DNA of 64,000 bases, taken from positions 84,568,001-84,632,000 of the forward strand of contig OZ296656.1 in NCBI GenBank assembly GCA_965655095.1. Direction: 5' to 3'. The translations under genes and the position numbers were made by a program. The notes beneath the pieces are model-generated. The model was not told the DNA's origin and searched no databases. It was given only the letters and a program-made list of their open reading frames with translations. Shown in pieces: positions 49,901 through 63,281 of the stretch (the first letter of the stretch is position 1; each line of letters begins with the position of its first letter). Source of the stretch: Haplodiscus bocki (lineage: Eukaryota).

Positions 49901-52900
49901 TAGAAAATTCACAAAGTACAGTTGAAGATTGAACATTCAAATTTTTGATTGTTGAAGAGGAAACGTTTTTTATAGTCAATTTCATGTCTACTTATACTTG
50001 ACGAATGTTTTATGGAGATCTGAGAAGCAAACACCCGTGTCGAACATTTGCTGAAATTTTGTTCTCTTGAAGTACTGTGGTTCCCTTCACTTGCCTGATG
50101 ATCTCACTTTGAGAAGTCATTTTGAGTTTTTGGAGGGTCCCGTTGATGGTTTTTTCAAACAATTCGAACATGATGTTCTATGAGGCAAAACACACTAGAA
50201 AAGTTTTTTCTTCTTCTATTTGGGTACTGTTCGATTTAAGTCCAAATGCTGAAGGCTTGTATAATCCAATTTGTTGCATGAGACTGGCCGTGAAAGTATT
50301 GACCTTCGAAACTTCAGTGGATGAACACCCTCTCTTAAAGAAGTAAGGCGATTACCAGGTTTGTAACTAAATCTAAACAGGTTGCCTGGATCGAAATCCG
50401 TGCTCCAAAAAAAGGCAAACGCGCCGAGTTGCGATTTGGAAAAGGACTTTTTTCTATTAAGCCCTAACTCCACGCTATAGTGTTTAGATTTCTCAATGTG
50501 TTACTAGAGTGGTACATTTGTTCCAGTGGCTGTCCTCGATTTGTAAAAACAAGGTCGAGAGCTCCTTTGACAAGAAAGTAATGTAGCAAGAGTTGAAAAT
50601 GCATTGAAGTTTGACAGGTTGCTTAGCATTAGGGACTAGAGAGTATAGGTCAGCAAGCTAAGTCGCGACATGGAAGTGTGAGTGCGACTTTTTCTCAGCA
50701 GTAACTGTTCTCTTTGACGTCTAGATAGTGTTGAGTTATGCTATTGTGCGGAGTTTAGCGATGTCAAAGAGGAGAGTTCAACGATGTTGAACTGAAAACG
50801 AGTGTAGGTTGGTTCGCAAACAATTCCACGAGCGGTAATTTTATGTGTGTTTCAAACATCAATAGCTTGGCTCAAGCTGGTTGGCATACAAATAATTTGC
50901 AACAGAGAATAAAGTTAATTGTTGCTATGCTGGATGGCAAACGAAACTGCATAAAAAACTTGTGAAGAAAATATTACTAGTCACTCTTCTGCGCTGTTTG
51001 ATCAGAGTTTTCTTCGCTGTCCCGAGCCAAATAGATTTCAGCCATTTTAAAAATTGAGGTGTACGCCTACGTAGCTAGTAGATTTGGCCGTACTCGAAAC
51101 GTCTAGGTCTAAGTCGATTCTGCAAGAAAAGCTCAAAGTTAGAAACATGCTGAGACTATAACACTTGGAAGCATCCCTGAAAAGGGTTTCAAAAGTCGAA
51201 ACCTGCCTCACCATCAAATGGGTGGCAAAAATGGAAAGTGGAAAGTAACAGTAAATATACGCTCCAAACGCACTCAATTTTGCGGTCTTGTGATACCTTT
51301 GTTTCAAAAAACTACCTAATGGGCAAAAATTTGACTAATAAGTCGAACTTGGGATGGCACGGCTAACGGAGACGCTTTGTACCCTGTTCAACACTTAGCA
51401 CAAGTTTGGTTGGCAAGAGCAAGCATAGCTGCACATAAGCTTCATGCTTTTTGAGAATGATAGAAAGGCGAGAAAAAAGACTGTTGTAACGGGCATAAAT
51501 CGCACTTTCCAGTCAAATCTTAGTTCCTGAACTGATTGGCCAGGCACAATATCCGTGTGTACAAGCAGCTACTGCTTTTGTAAAAACACTTGCTTTTATT
51601 CAATAGTCAATTTTGAGACTTTATTCTCGTATTACGCCCTTGAAAAACCAAGGAAGGGAATCAAGGCCGTAGAACGACGGTTTCGTATGAAATACTATAG
51701 CAACTCATCAAACCATTCTGAATCCATGATTGCTCTCCTCGGGCTCTCCTTTGGCAAGTTCCCGGTAGTTTACTGTACGTAGAAATAACATATCCCTCCA
51801 ATTTTCTGGAAAAAGCTTCAGCCAACGTTAATACCACGTGAAAACCTTTTAACAGTAATTAAAATCAAGGCAAATTCCACAAGTTGCACAATGATTCCTT
51901 TGTCCAGAAAGGACAATTCCCCGTATGATGGTTCCTGACCGAGTGATGTAAAATGGATTAGCCTGAAAACAACAAAAACTTGCCACATAACAATTAGGGC
52001 ATGGGGAACGTTTCTGCTTCCCACGTACTACCAACTACACCTAAATTTTGTGGTGAAGTCATCAAATTTTTGAAACAACGAAAACAGAAAGACCTTCAAC
52101 ATTTAGGGGGTAAAGATCGCGATCCCAAATTTATACCACATGTGAGCTCATTTTTGATTATACAATAGTTGTTTTTCACACACATGCGCTCCGTTCAGTA
52201 AATTCCATCGAAAACCAAGTGGCCCTATAACAAGAACCCTTCCCGAGAGGGCAAGAGGATTGAGAGCAAAAATATTGCGAAAACATTCAAAAACGTATAA
52301 AGCAAAAGGATCTTTCACTCACGGCAAAATTCAAGGATTACCGATAGAAGGTGTCAAAGTCGAGTTTTTTGTTGAAAATGAAAAGAAAGAAAAAAATTGT
52401 TCTTTTTTGAGTAAATCCATAACTCTGGATTCCGAACGAAAATTCAGCCACAATAATGCCGCTGAATGATAACGTTTTTTGCCAGAACGACTAAAGGCTA
52501 AAATTTCAGCGCAGATCAGATAGACTTTTTTGATATCGCAGCTTTCCTGAGTCCGTATCACAGGTAAAAAAATAGGTTTATTTTTCGCGCATTAAATGGA
52601 TCCGACTCATTTTGCGTCTTTAACTGATTAGCCTAATAAACTCAGGCACTTAGCAGAAGTCAGTCAAATAAAAAGGCCAAGGACGTTAGAAAACGATGTT
52701 GATAGTGATACGGAAAATCAAGAGATTCATATTGTTCAAGAAGTTTTAGAAATAACATTTTTTGGTATACGAAAATTTTGAATTGTTCAAAAATATGTGC
52801 ACAGCGATAACAAAAGAATGCTTTCTTGAGTACGTGTACTACGTACTTGAAATCTATACAAGACATTCGAAAGTGGCTCCAGCACTGTTCACTGTAGTGA

Positions 52901-54531
52901 GACGTAATTCTGGACATCGAGGCTGGCTCCAACAGACACAATAGGCCGCACAAAAACCAAAGCGGTGATGGCCATTTCTCCAACCCATTTTATATGATTC
53001 GACAGCAGTTGGAAAACCAGAGACGAAATTTGAAGTATTGAGAGAACAAATGAAAACCATTGAGTTCCACATTAATGTCGGGACCGACGATAAACACCTC
53101 TGAGCTCAGGAGGTAGAATTTGTTGCAGGAAATCAAAAAATCAAAACCGACAGTTAGTTGAAGACTAGGAGAAGCAGCTTTGTTAAAGAAAAAGTGAAAC
53201 GAACAATGCCAGGGTCACGGAGACAGCAATACAGCAGCAAGATCAAAACAGGCTGTTTCAATGATTGTTCATCTTCTCAGAGATTCTATCAGTCTACGAA
53301 AGTGCTGACTTGGAGTCCGTTTTACTAAAATAGAATATGTTCGTTGCCTCATTTGGTCTAGACTTTCAAAGCTGTACACCTCGCCACTTTGATATTGAAC
53401 GATGAAGGGACCGGAGAAACCTACAAAACAAAGCGTCTTGGGAAAGCTAAGAACGAATTCTGGAAACAAAATACCTGGTGTGTGTGCAGATGAAATAATA
53501 TTTTTTTATAAACGAGGTTTTTCAGGTGGAAATCACATTCCTCAGAGTCAAAACAAATGTAATCACATTTTTAATATTTAAGAAAGTGGGCTTCACTTAT
53601 TCGAAGTGATTCTTTTGAAGTGATTTAAGTAAAAACAAAACAATGTATGTTTGGATTTTGACAGCACCTGCTAGAAAACGAGGTTCGCACAGGGAAGAGA
53701 TGAATTTCGTCTTCTCATTTATTCGAAGAAAATCATTTACAACGAACGCATGGCGGTTGATGTTTCTGTACTCTTATTTGATCTGTGACGTTTTCGTTGT
53801 TACTTCCGTTTACACATTTAGTTTTTTATCGGACATGGCTTTCCTGGGCTTCGAAAGTTCTTTTTGATGAAGTATCTTCTTCAAGCAATAGCCCATCGAA
53901 TGGAGTGGGTAATCGATAAAACACAAAAAGTAATTCCTTCCGACACTCTTCATCCATTGCCCTTGGTTGGGAGAACCAATATCGATCAGACGGGGCTGGC
54001 TGGAATCTCAGATTGAAACAAAGCCCTTAGAACGTAAGGATGCAGCACAATAGCCTCCACTAACAGATGCGAGCCAGCAAAAGTGAAACAAGGGCCCGAA
54101 AAAGGGAAAGAATTCATAAGTTGCGAGCCTCGGCAGTGAAGACACTCGGCCAAAGTATATGAAAAAATGGAATACGGGGACAGACCTACGGCAAAATCAA
54201 TAAAAATATGCAGTAAAAATCACCAAAAAATTGCAAAATCAACTAAATAATCATGTTATTTTGTACTATATCAGTGGGACTACCTTTCAAATTATGCAAA
54301 TGAGGACACCTGCCGTACAACCCCCCATATATGTGAAAAATCAAATAAAAATATACTACATCAAAGGGGGTATGAAAATTTAATTTTGTAAAAACTTTTT
54401 GCATGGTATTATCAGTGGATACCCTCAAACATGGTATGTCAATGAAAACTTTTTCAATATTTATGACGTATTATATATCTTTGAAAAGGTCTTGAAAATG
54501 CTATTCAATGGTAATATTTTCGGAACCGTTG

Positions 54532-57500
54532 ATGAATACATGTGAATATAAAATTAAAGTTTTACAATTGAATAAAAACATTTCAATAAATTAATGCTAT
54601 AAAATTTGCAATATAAACGGAATAATAAATATAACCATGACTTAACCAACACACATCTTGCAACAAATAACCAATATTATTGTCAACAGTGTAAAAAAGT
54701 AATAAACCTAGCAGATAAAAGATTTCATTTACAATCAAATGAACACAAAAACAGTAAAAGAATGTGGTATTGTGAGGTATGTAAAAAGGATATAATTATT
54801 AATACCAAATCTTCTCACATCAAATCTGCAGCACATATAGAAAATGAAGTTATTTCTAGAATAAATATTAATCTTACAGATAAAACATATACATATATCA
54901 ATCCAGATTTTGAAAAAGTAGATAATTTAGTTAAAACAGCTATTGATGATTGTACAAAATACTTTCATAGATTTAAACATAAATGTGTATTTATTGTGAA
55001 ATTTTATCATGCAACACATGGTACTACAAACTATTTTACAATAACAAATAAGTTTAAAAATCAATATGAAAAATTAAATGAAGCAAATGAATTAGATCAC
55101 CAAATAGATGAATTCGAACAAGGAGAAAGTGGTTATATATTTGATAGCATAAAAACATTAACATTAAAAATGTTTAAATACCATGATATAAGAGCATCTA
55201 GCTATTGTAAATTACCTAAATCGTTTTGTAATTCAAAATCTATAGTAAACATACAAAACAAGGACAACTATTGCTTTCTATGGTCTATTTTAGCTCATAA
55301 ATATAAGGTAGATAATCATCGCGAAAGAGTGTCACATTTTGAAAATCATTTTCATGAACTAAATCAAGGTGATATTCAATTTCCTATGAAAATAAAAGAT
55401 ATACCAACATTCGAAATATTAAACAACTTAAACATAAATGTCTTTGAATTATCAGCTAATGACAAATCTCTTTCACCCAAATATGTTATCAAAAACTATT
55501 ATGATGAACAGATAGATCTACTACTTTATGAAAACCACTACTGTTTAATAACTAATTTACATAACTTTTGTAGGAATAATGAAAACTATACACATTTATG
55601 TAGAAGATGTTTAAACACATATGGAGACCAAACAAAACTTGAAGAACATGTGTTAAGATGTATTGAGCAAAAAGTTTGTAATATATCATATATGCAACCC
55701 AATCAAAAGATAAAATTTAATGACTGGTATATGAAAATAGACCCACCAAAGTGGATTGCGGTTGATTTTGAATGTATGAATATCCCTATTAACAATAACA
55801 ATAACAATAACGATAATGTTAATGTTATTGATCACAATAACAATGGTGTTACAGTTAAGATGTTTGTAAACAAACCAGTTGCAATAGGTTATAATATAGT
55901 CAAAAATTCTGATTATGATAACTTAAATTTGGAAAAAGATGGCTATATCAAATGTTTTGTTGAAGATTGTGTTGAATGGTTTATAAATGAGATGTTGGAA
56001 ATGGAAAGCTATATGAAAATTTATTTTAAAAATGAACTCGAAATTAATCTTGATACAATTCCGGAAAATTATGATCAAACTACTTGTTGGTTATGTGAAA
56101 AAGAATTTAAACCTAAAGATATAAAAGAAAATCCAATTGTTAGAGATCATTGCCATTTAACAGGTAGATTTAGAGGCTTAGCTCATAATAATTGTAATCT
56201 GAATACACGAAAAGCACATACTTCATTTGTACCAATATTATTTCATAATTTTTCAGGATATGATTGTCATCTAATCTTTGAGAAATTAGTTAATATGGCC
56301 ACCGCAAAAAACATTAAAATGAATGAGAATGATATTAAAGCTAAATCATCAGAAAATTATATATCTGTTAAACTAGGATGCTTAAAATTTTTCGATAGTT
56401 ATAGATTTTTAGATGCTAGTCTGGACAAATTGTCTCTAACGCTAACATATTTTCTATCTCTAGATAAAAACGATATGGAAGATGATTTGTTCAAACGAAA
56501 ACTTGCTTATCCATATGAAAAAGGTAAAACCATTGAATCATATTACAAACCATTGAAATTAGGTAGAGAACACTACTTTTCCACTTTAAAACAATCATAT
56601 CCAGATTTCGAGGAAATAATAAGAACACAAGCTATTATTGTAAAAAATAAGATAACTAATTTAAAAGAATTAACAATGTTATATCTGAAAAATGATGTGT
56701 TATTAGTAACAGATTTTTTTCCAAAATTATATAGACACATGTAAAAAAGCCCATGGTATTAATCCATTATATTCTTATTATACACCATCATTTACATGGA
56801 AAGCTGGCTTGAAAATGACTGGAGTATAATTAGATTATATAACTGATGATAAACTCAGATTATTACTTGAAAACAATATGAGAGGAGGACCAAGTGCTTG
56901 TATGGGTAATCGCTATGTAAAAAGAGGAGAAAGAAAGATATTGTACGAAGACTTAAACAATCTTTATGGATGGAGTATGTCTCAATATTTACCAACTGGA
57001 GATTTTCATGAAATAAAAGTTACAAGAAGCAGTTTAAAAACAATTTTAAGAACTCCAGATAAGGACGAACATGGATTTTTAATAGAATGTGATCTAGAAT
57101 ATCCATCTAGCACACATGAAAATACAAAACTTTTTCCATTTTTACCTGAGAAAAAAACAATAAAAGTAGAAGATTTTTCACCTTATATGACGATAAACAA
57201 ACCAGAAAAAATTAAACCTACAGAAAAACTGATTTTGGATCAAACAAACAAACAGAGATATTTTATACATTATAGAGATTTAAAATTTTATTGTAAGACA
57301 TGGAATTAGAATTTTAAATTTACACACTGTTTATAAATTTAAACAATCTTCTTTGCTAGCAAAATATATTAAATATAATAGAGAACAAAGAGAAAAAGCA
57401 AAAACCGAATTTGAAAAACATTTTTACAAATTAATGAACAACATCTTTTACGGAAAAACGATTGAAAAAATCAGAAGACGATTGAACCTCGATTTGATAG

Positions 57501-58204
57501 ATAAATCAGATATCCCCAAAATATTAAATCGACAACCAAAGTTATCTTTCGATGACAAAATTGCCGAATATGATAAATTTAATTTGTACACATTTAATAA
57601 GGAAACTATCAAATTTACAAAACCTATTTATGTTGGATTTTGTGTATTAGAATTATCAAAACTCTTAAAGTATGAATGGTAATATGACAAAATGCAACCA
57701 TTTTTTGGAGAAGATAATCTGGAATTACATTATTTAGATACTGATTCCTTCATATTTTCTTTCAAACCAATTAAAAGCTTGATTGAAGATCTAAAATATT
57801 TTAAAGAGGATTTCGATTTTAGTGATTTGGATCCATCTCATGAACTATATTCAGAAGCTAATGAGCAAGTTATTGGCAAAATGAAGCTTGAAACAGCTCC
57901 AGAGTTAGATTTAGATGAAGGAGTATTTTTAAGGAGTAAATCTTTTTCTCTTAATATTAAACAAAACAGTTCACATTGTAAAAACAAAGGCGTCCAAGAT
58001 CATAATAAATACACTTTAGAAGATTATAAATATTGTTTAGAGAATAATGAAATTAAATATGGTGTTAACTATTCTTTTAGGAGTAATAAACATGAAATTA
58101 CATTGGTAAAACAAAAAAAGATAGCATTAAATACATTTGATGATAGAAGATGTTATATTGATATATATAATAGCATACCATGGGGTCATAATCCTACCTC
58201 ATAA
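54532..58204 (+). pseudogene. Protein-primed family B DNA polymerase with N-terminal zinc fingers and an endonuclease VII-like insert; disrupted
   Basis: DNYCFLWSIL, VRDHCHLTGRFRGLAHNNCN, FHNFSGYD, YPYE, RGG, DLNNLYGWSM, KLMNNIFYGKT and YLDTDSF. Frameshifts at ~54610, ~56720 and ~57295; stops at ~56827 and 57680. Confidence 0.93.
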
Positions 58205-58242
58205 CTGAGTTAAAAATTGAATAAATTTATAATAATTTGTAG

Positions 58243-58848
58243 ATGGCACTCTTTAACGATGTGTTTTGTCAAATCTGTGATAGATTCTATACAAAAGAAC
58301 GATGGAATAAACATCTCTATTCTAGTAGACATTTACGTAGAGAAATCAATGGATATTGGCCAGCATTTTTTCCACAACGAAAGCTAACTAGAGACGAAGG
58401 TATTAAACTTGAGAAAGCTTTTTGGGAAGTGATTCTCACCAGCAATGGCAATGATTTAGCATTGTTTGATTTTTTAAAATTATATTTTAGAATGTGTACT
58501 AATATAACAAACCATGTTCCAATTCGTTATTGGGATTATTATGATGATGGAAATGAAGAAAAACAGTGGGGTTATCGATACAAAGATGATATGATAGCTC
58601 AATTTAAACAAGATATATATAACAAAAATTACACTCTTCAAGATCAAGGCAAAGATGACCCAATTGATACTCTCGAGAACAGAATTAAATTTTGGATTAT
58701 TATTATTACCAACGATCAAGGTCCAGTACCTGATAACCTTTATGACTATGATTATAACGATGAAGGATTGGATTCAACTGTTCGTGGTTGGGAAATATTT
58801 CCTGAGATTGGAGAATTAAAAAAATTATTGGATATACTCAAAAAATGA
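58243..58848 (+). CDS. Polinton accessory protein with an N-terminal C2H2 (U1/matrin-like) zinc finger; function unknown
   Basis: Intact 201-aa ORF between polB and integrase; CQICDRFYTKERWNKHLYSSRH. Confidence 0.75.
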   Translation: MALFNDVFCQICDRFYTKERWNKHLYSSRHLRREINGYWPAFFPQRKLTRDEGIKLEKAFWEVILTSNGNDLALFDFLKLYFRMCTNITNHVPIRYWDYYDDGNEEKQWGYRYKDDMIAQFKQDIYNKNYTLQDQGKDDPIDTLENRIKFWIIIITNDQGPVPDNLYDYDYNDEGLDSTVRGWEIFPEIGELKKLLDILKK

Positions 58849-59012
58849 ATAAGTATATTCACACATATTAATGTATGTATGCACTATAATTACTCATATA
58901 ATTGTATGAATACACAGTTATAAATGTATGTGTGTGCAATCAAAATTACTCGTATATTTGTATGTATTCACAGTTATATTTACTCATGTAATTGTACGTT
59001 TACAAAATACAA

Positions 59013-59870
59013 ATGACTCAGAAAAACATTAAAATATTTATAAACGAAATCTATTCAAAAGGACCGAAACGAAACTATGCTACAAATAAAACAGACGTTT
59101 ATCATATCGATGACACCTGGTCTCTTGATATATTAGACCTCAAAGATTATGTTCCTGAAAACAACAGAGGATACAGATACGTTATAGTAATCATAGACAA
59201 TTTTTCAGAATTTGGTTGGACATTTCCTCTCAAAAATAAAAATACTCAAACAATAAAAGACTCTTTCGAAACTATTTTAATAGGCTCAAAAAGAAAACCA
59301 AATTTAATCGAAAGCGATCGTGGTAAAGAATTTTATAATAATATTTTTCAAGACTTCTTAAATAAAAACAACATTAAACTCTATTCTAGAAATAGTTCAT
59401 ATGGTGCTGTTTTTGCAGAAAGATTTAATCGTACTATCAGAGACCTTCTTAAAAAACCTGTTTTCGAAAAAGGTGATGTTAATTGGATTGATGTATTACC
59501 TACAATAACGAAACAATACAATAATAGAACACATTCATCGACTAAGTTGACGCCAATTCTAGCTAGTGTAAAAAAGAATGAAGGTTATGTTTACAAAAAC
59601 TTATTAGACAAACGAAAGAAAATTGAACCAAAGTTTCAGATAAACGATCTCGTTAGAACAGCAGATTTAAAGAAAACGTTTTCAAAAGGAGATACGACTA
59701 ATTGGTCTTATAAATTGTATAAAATTACAGAAATAATTAATGATACAATACCAAGTTATAAGATAGATAATTTAAAAGAAAGGTATAATGAATCGTTATT
59801 AAAAAAGACTGATTTAACCTTAAAAGAGAACAAAGATGTTATGAAAAAATTAAAAATTGATATTGTATAA
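59013..59870 (+). CDS. Retroviral-like (rve) DDE integrase of the Polinton
   Basis: WSLDILD / IESDRGKEFYN / FAERFNRT catalytic triad, YNNRTHSST and FSKGDTTNWS; open frame. Confidence 0.95.
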   Translation: MTQKNIKIFINEIYSKGPKRNYATNKTDVYHIDDTWSLDILDLKDYVPENNRGYRYVIVIIDNFSEFGWTFPLKNKNTQTIKDSFETILIGSKRKPNLIESDRGKEFYNNIFQDFLNKNNIKLYSRNSSYGAVFAERFNRTIRDLLKKPVFEKGDVNWIDVLPTITKQYNNRTHSSTKLTPILASVKKNEGYVYKNLLDKRKKIEPKFQINDLVRTADLKKTFSKGDTTNWSYKLYKITEIINDTIPSYKIDNLKERYNESLLKKTDLTLKENKDVMKKLKIDIV

Positions 59871-60034
59871 TTACACTTATTCAAAAATGAATAAACATAT
59901 AATTATAATTATATTTGTATGAATAATTTAACTTATTTGCGATTGTAATTGATCAATATAGTATAAATACACTTATTCAAATATGAATATTAGTATAAAT
60001 ATAATTATACTTGAATGAATACAATTTTTATCAC

Positions 60035-61286
60035 TTAAATTAAATCAAAATGACGTTGTCCATTGCTAGAAATTGATATTTTTTTATTAGTTAACACCAA
60101 AGCATAACCGTATATGCCTGCTGGAACAACTCCATCAAATTTAAATTCTAATTTTATCGGTTGTGAATTTTCAAAATCTTTCTGATATCGTATATCAAAA
60201 ACATACAAATTATAACCAATATTATTATTATTATTAGATGACCTAAAATCACCATCAGATATATATGGTTGGAGTATATCATCTTTTGTTAGAGCTCTGA
60301 AAGCTTCTTTGATTTGTCCATATCCTTGATTATAATCATCGTCGTTGTAATTTAATAAAATACTAGAATCAGGATACTTTTCTGTCCCGATAATACATTG
60401 TGCAGATATTACAGATGGTCTATAAAACGCATCATTATTTTCCTTTTGTGAATTTTGTCGGTCTCTTTGTTGAAAACCTATTATTATCCAAATAGGGACG
60501 TTTATACCCTCCTGTGTTCCTAATTCAAAATTCCAAAGATTCTGTGTATTTACTTCTTTCATGAAAACAGATCTCTCTATATATTGTAATTCTGTAGGTA
60601 TCTTATCTACAATTTGATTAGATAATAAAGATTGTTGTGACATACTAGCGGTATAATGAGGTACATACCATTCAATAGCGTTAATTTTGACTTTACCAAG
60701 GATTGTTGCATCAGCTTTATTCAAAACAGCATTATCACTGTTTCTTGTTAATGTCAATTTATATCCTAATCCGTAAGTAGCTTTTTCTTCGTGTTCGGCA
60801 AATCCAAACACATCTTTTAGATAAATTCTGACATGATATTTTCCTTTTATATTTTTGTTATTAGTCAATTCATTTCTCCTGCTCGTGCGGCCTCTATCGA
60901 ATCCGATAGATAAATCATCACATCGTTTAGCTGTTGTTTTTAATTTATACATTAAACTAACAATATGAGCGTGACTAACGTCCTCTAAGTGCTTTCCTGA
61001 ACTAGTTGCCAACTTATAATTACTAAATAAAGCACCAGGACCTAAATTAACTAATCTAATACCATTATTATCTTTCTTATCTGTTATTGGTAGCAGCATG
61101 AACCACATCAAAATTTAAATAAAGATAACTATTTAAGAGACTAATAATAGAACCTTCTCTTGGTATATTTATATATATCTGAGAATTAGCAGTATTGATT
61201 GTGGATATTTCACTTGGACTATAACGTATATAATCACATTTTAAAATTCTTCGATCAACTTTATAATTTTCACAAAGATTAAACAT
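60035..61286 (-). pseudogene. Double jelly-roll major capsid protein (hexon-like); one frameshift at ~61080
   Basis: ORFs 61077-61286 and 60035-61111 join. Motifs IYINIP...SLLNSYL, LKDVFGFAE, LTLTRNSDN, IEWYVPH, PIWIIIGFQ, EKYP and LYVFD fit the Polinton/adintovirus capsid pattern. Confidence 0.85.
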
Positions 61287-61341
61287 TTATATATAAAAAA
61301 ATCATAATAGCACATACTTACAATTATATTTGTGTACACTT

Positions 61342-62193
61342 TTATTTGTTTAATAGATTACATTTAATTAAAATTTGCTTATGTTGTTTCTTAGATAAGC
61401 ATTTGTATTCTAAAAATTTGTCAACTATAGCAACTATTTCATCGTTAATTATATCAGAATTATTACCAGCATGTTTTTCTTGTATTAATAATTTCAACCT
61501 GTCACAAAGTTCATTAGGATCAGAAGATAGAATTATTGTTTTTGAGATACCAGAAGCCACGATAGCTGGCGATCCAAGTATTTTTATAATAGAATTATGT
61601 CTAGTACTCGGTTGGCATGTGCTTTTGGTGTCATAGTTCATTTGTTTTGCAAACTCATAATATACTTTTTTATCCTGTGGACTAGAATGATCCGCATTGA
61701 ATTTATAATTTGTTATCAGTTTCAAAAGATCTCCTTCCAGTCTGAAAGATTTATTAGTATCTCTAAAAGTTATCATATTACTAAATAAAGTGACTGGTAT
61801 ATTCCCATGTATTAAAAAATCATTGATTTTAGTTGAATTATGGTCTTTCCTTAATCTAAATAGACTTTTGTTTTCAGGTTTAAAAAGATTAACTAATGAA
61901 GAAGCTAGATATGGAGCTATCAAACCTTTATCATTCATCAATTCTAAAATTTTTTCATTTATATTCTCTATTGCTTTGTTGTTATTATTAGAATTTTCTG
62001 TAATAGTTTTTGTTATATCTTCAGAGGTTTTCTTGAGTGTATCAGTAAGTGGTTCGAATACTTTGTTCATATCTTCGTGAAAGTTCTGTTTACCTAATTT
62101 ATCTTGTAATTTAACAACTTTTACTTGATTTTCCAATGAAACTAATTCTTCTAATTTTTCTAAATCTTTCCTGTTTTTAATTGGAAGCAACAT
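61342..62193 (-). CDS. Conserved Polinton protein of unknown function
   Basis: Intact 283-aa ORF. FEPLT near the N-terminus and C-terminal SG...DPNELCDRLKLL...AGNN...EI are motifs recurrent in Polinton ORFs. Confidence 0.75.
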   Translation of the reverse strand: MLLPIKNRKDLEKLEELVSLENQVKVVKLQDKLGKQNFHEDMNKVFEPLTDTLKKTSEDITKTITENSNNNNKAIENINEKILELMNDKGLIAPYLASSLVNLFKPENKSLFRLRKDHNSTKINDFLIHGNIPVTLFSNMITFRDTNKSFRLEGDLLKLITNYKFNADHSSPQDKKVYYEFAKQMNYDTKSTCQPSTRHNSIIKILGSPAIVASGISKTIILSSDPNELCDRLKLLIQEKHAGNNSDIINDEIVAIVDKFLEYKCLSKKQHKQILIKCNLLNK

Positions 62194-62532
62194 TTAAAGC
62201 ACTTAAATTTTTATAAATACACTTATTCAAATACGAATAATAGTATAAATATTGTTATACTTGTATGAATAAATCGACTCACTTGTGATTGTGATTAGTT
62301 TGCTTAGTATAAAAACACCTATTCATACACGGATAATAAAATACGCATAAGTACTCATATGCTAGTAAGTATATCTCTGGTATACGTACAAATATAATTG
62401 TATCAAGTAATTATAAATAATGATCGATATTGTATAATTACACTTATTCGAATATAAATATTATTATAATTGTATGAATAATTTAACTTATTTTAATTAA
62501 TATTATAAGTGTATAACTTTTATTTTGTATGT

Positions 62533-63281
62533 TTAAAAAGCTTCATTTTCACAAATAAATTCTATGTACGTGTTTTTGCTTTCGTTGAAAATACGATATT
62601 TACCAGTATCTCTATTTTTAGTCATATCAATACAAAGATAGTTATATTTTTCACTCCAAGCAACTCGACACATTTCCTTAAATTCATCATATATCATATC
62701 AAAAGCTCCAATATCATGATACATACTTTGAACATCACGTAATGTTTGTTTAAACAGTATCAGTCTATCACTGTTATTTCTAATGCTTTGTCTCGGTAAA
62801 GCAAAATAGTTTTGACTAATGTAATAAACATCTAAATCTTCGTGTCTACCTCTAGTAAAAAATACATCTATTTGAGAACAGTTTTTAGCTCCCAACATAT
62901 CGTCAAAAATTACAACTGATCCTTTGTATTTGTTTATTGGTTTAATTTCATTGCTTGTTTTATAATTTGGACATTGATTGGGTGATCTTGTTATTAAATA
63001 AATTGGTCTTTTGTTACCTATTTTTTCAAGTACTTTGAGCATGTAATAGGTCTTTCCAACGTTTCGGGGTCCGATAATAACATTAGCACGATTTTCATAT
63101 GCTGGAACACTAATATTAATATCATTGTTTTTGTTATTATTAGCGTGTTCGATTTTGGTCGATGACTTTGCTTGTTGTTATTTCTTCTATTTTCATTGTA
63201 ACAACTTCTGCAAATAGTTCTATCTTTCATGTAATTATTTTCATCTATTTCTATGTTACAACTATTACAAATTCGATTCAT
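62533..63281 (-). pseudogene. A32/FtsK-type DNA packaging ATPase, probably with an N-terminal Cys4 zinc ribbon; one frameshift at ~63175
   Basis: Walker A IIGPRNVGKT lies just upstream of and in frame with ORF 62533-63042. Walker B VVIFDD, RGRH and ISQNYF..PR..IRNN follow. The upstream frame has CNSC...CRSC. Confidence 0.88.

Noticed and set aside
50040-54240. Short ORFs, including a Cys-rich one at 51849-52034 (CPNC...CATCGIC)
   Set aside because: No consistent splice structure or recognisable family; could be decayed mobile DNA, but a call cannot be supported.
55791-55812. Poly-Asn run in pPolB
   Set aside because: Simple AAY microsatellite expansion in a loop region.
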